Assembly (NCBI GenBank): GCA_036964385.1
Contig: JBALTK010000001.1
Span: 1-49,143 of the forward strand
Length of the DNA: 49,143 nucleotides
Source of the DNA: Sulfitobacter sp.
GTDB taxonomy: Bacteria > Pseudomonadota > Alphaproteobacteria > Rhodobacterales > Rhodobacteraceae
Direction of reading: 5' to 3'
The notes under the pieces were generated by a model. It did no database searches. It was not told the DNA's origin and saw only the letters and a list, made by a program, of their open reading frames with translations. The translations under genes were made by a program, and so were the position numbers. Shown one piece after another: positions 48,347-49,143 of this stretch (positions within the stretch are counted from its first letter, which is position 1; each line of letters starts with the position of its first letter).

Positions 48347-49143
48347 ATGCCAACTAACAAAAACGTTCTGATCATCGGCGGTGCAGGCTATATCGGCTCC
48401 CACACCACGCTTGCTCTCAAAGAGGCTGGCTATCTAACGGTCGTCTACGACAACTTTTCATCAGGTCACCGTGATGCGTGCTTTGGCACGCATCTGGTTG
48501 AAGGCGAGCTGTCAGATACAGATAAACTCACGCGGACGATGCGGGATTTTGACATCGGCAGTGTTGTGCATTTTGCCGCGCTGATCGAAGCGGGCCAATC
48601 CGTCATAACGCCTTTGCCATTTTTTGAGAATAACGTCTCTGGCACCCTGTCCTTGCTAACGGCGATGAATGCCGCCGGAGTGAGTAAAATTGTTTTCTCG
48701 TCCACAGCTGCCGTCTATGGAAACCAAACCGATGTAGATCTGCTGTCAGAAACCCTGCCCCGCACCCCGATCAACCCCTATGGCGACAGCAAGGCTATGG
48801 TTGAGACAATCCTTGAATCCTGCGTGAAGGCCCATAACCTACAAGCGATTGCACTACGGTATTTCAACGCATCAGGGGCCGACGCACTGGGGCGCACGGG
48901 GGAGCGCCACAATCCCGAAACCCATCTTATTCCGCTTGTGATTGAGGCCGCGCGTGGCCAGCGCTCCCACATCAAGATTTACGGCACCGATTACGACACC
49001 CCCGACGGCACCTGTATCCGCGACTACATTCACGTCACCGACCTCGCCACGGGACATGTTGCTGCGGTTTCCCACCTCCTCAAAAGCGACACCCCCGAGT
49101 TTACGCCCATCAACCTTGGCACCGGCCTGGGGCAAAGCGTGCG
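48347..49143 (+). CDS. galE: UDP-glucose 4-epimerase (runs off window end; absent from the ORF track)
   Basis: Manual translation: MPTNKNVLIIGGAGYIGSH, VHFAALIEAGQSV, VFSSTAAVYG, PINPYGDSK, LRYFNASGAD, ETHLIP, YDTPDGTCIRDYIHVTDLA. Confidence 0.95.
   Translation, partial: MPTNKNVLIIGGAGYIGSHTTLALKEAGYLTVVYDNFSSGHRDACFGTHLVEGELSDTDKLTRTMRDFDIGSVVHFAALIEAGQSVITPLPFFENNVSGTLSLLTAMNAAGVSKIVFSSTAAVYGNQTDVDLLSETLPRTPINPYGDSKAMVETILESCVKAHNLQAIALRYFNASGADALGRTGERHNPETHLIPLVIEAARGQRSHIKIYGTDYDTPDGTCIRDYIHVTDLATGHVAAVSHLLKSDTPEFTPINLGTGLGQSV

Noticed and set aside
1-49143. tRNA, rRNA, IS elements, toxin-antitoxin or defence genes
   Set aside because: No supporting motifs or ORFs were found by inspection; small RNA genes cannot be fully excluded without a covariance-model search

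Overview
This window looks like part of a Roseobacter-group (Rhodobacteraceae) RepA-type plasmid or chromid given over almost entirely to cell-surface biology, resembling the described rhamnose-operon 'biofilm plasmids'. A parB-parA-ori-repA module (23.3-27.4 kb) carries three 22-bp-spaced iterons, a DnaA box and a 24-bp parS-like palindrome. Around it are nucleotide-sugar genes (rfbCBDA, pgm, manB, manC, two gmd copies, ugd, partial galE) and a KpsM/T/E capsule exporter. There are also five glycosyltransferases, five sulfotransferase-fold proteins and a GSCFA + WcbI-like pair. Three large RTX/DUF4214 secreted proteins share one C-terminal module. Most notable: (i) an apparently near-identical 1115-bp gmd direct repeat brackets a single sulfotransferase-like gene, forming a recombination-ready cassette; (ii) an orphan DUF2793 GTA/phage tail-fibre gene sits between manB and manC; (iii) the DUF4214 proteins may form a glycan-anchored surface-display system, one behind a perfect CtrA box; (iv) an in-frame kpsF::kdsB deletion scar; (v) a ~200-nt inverted-repeat-bounded structured intergenic element. 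All family calls come from motif recognition by eye; no searches were run.
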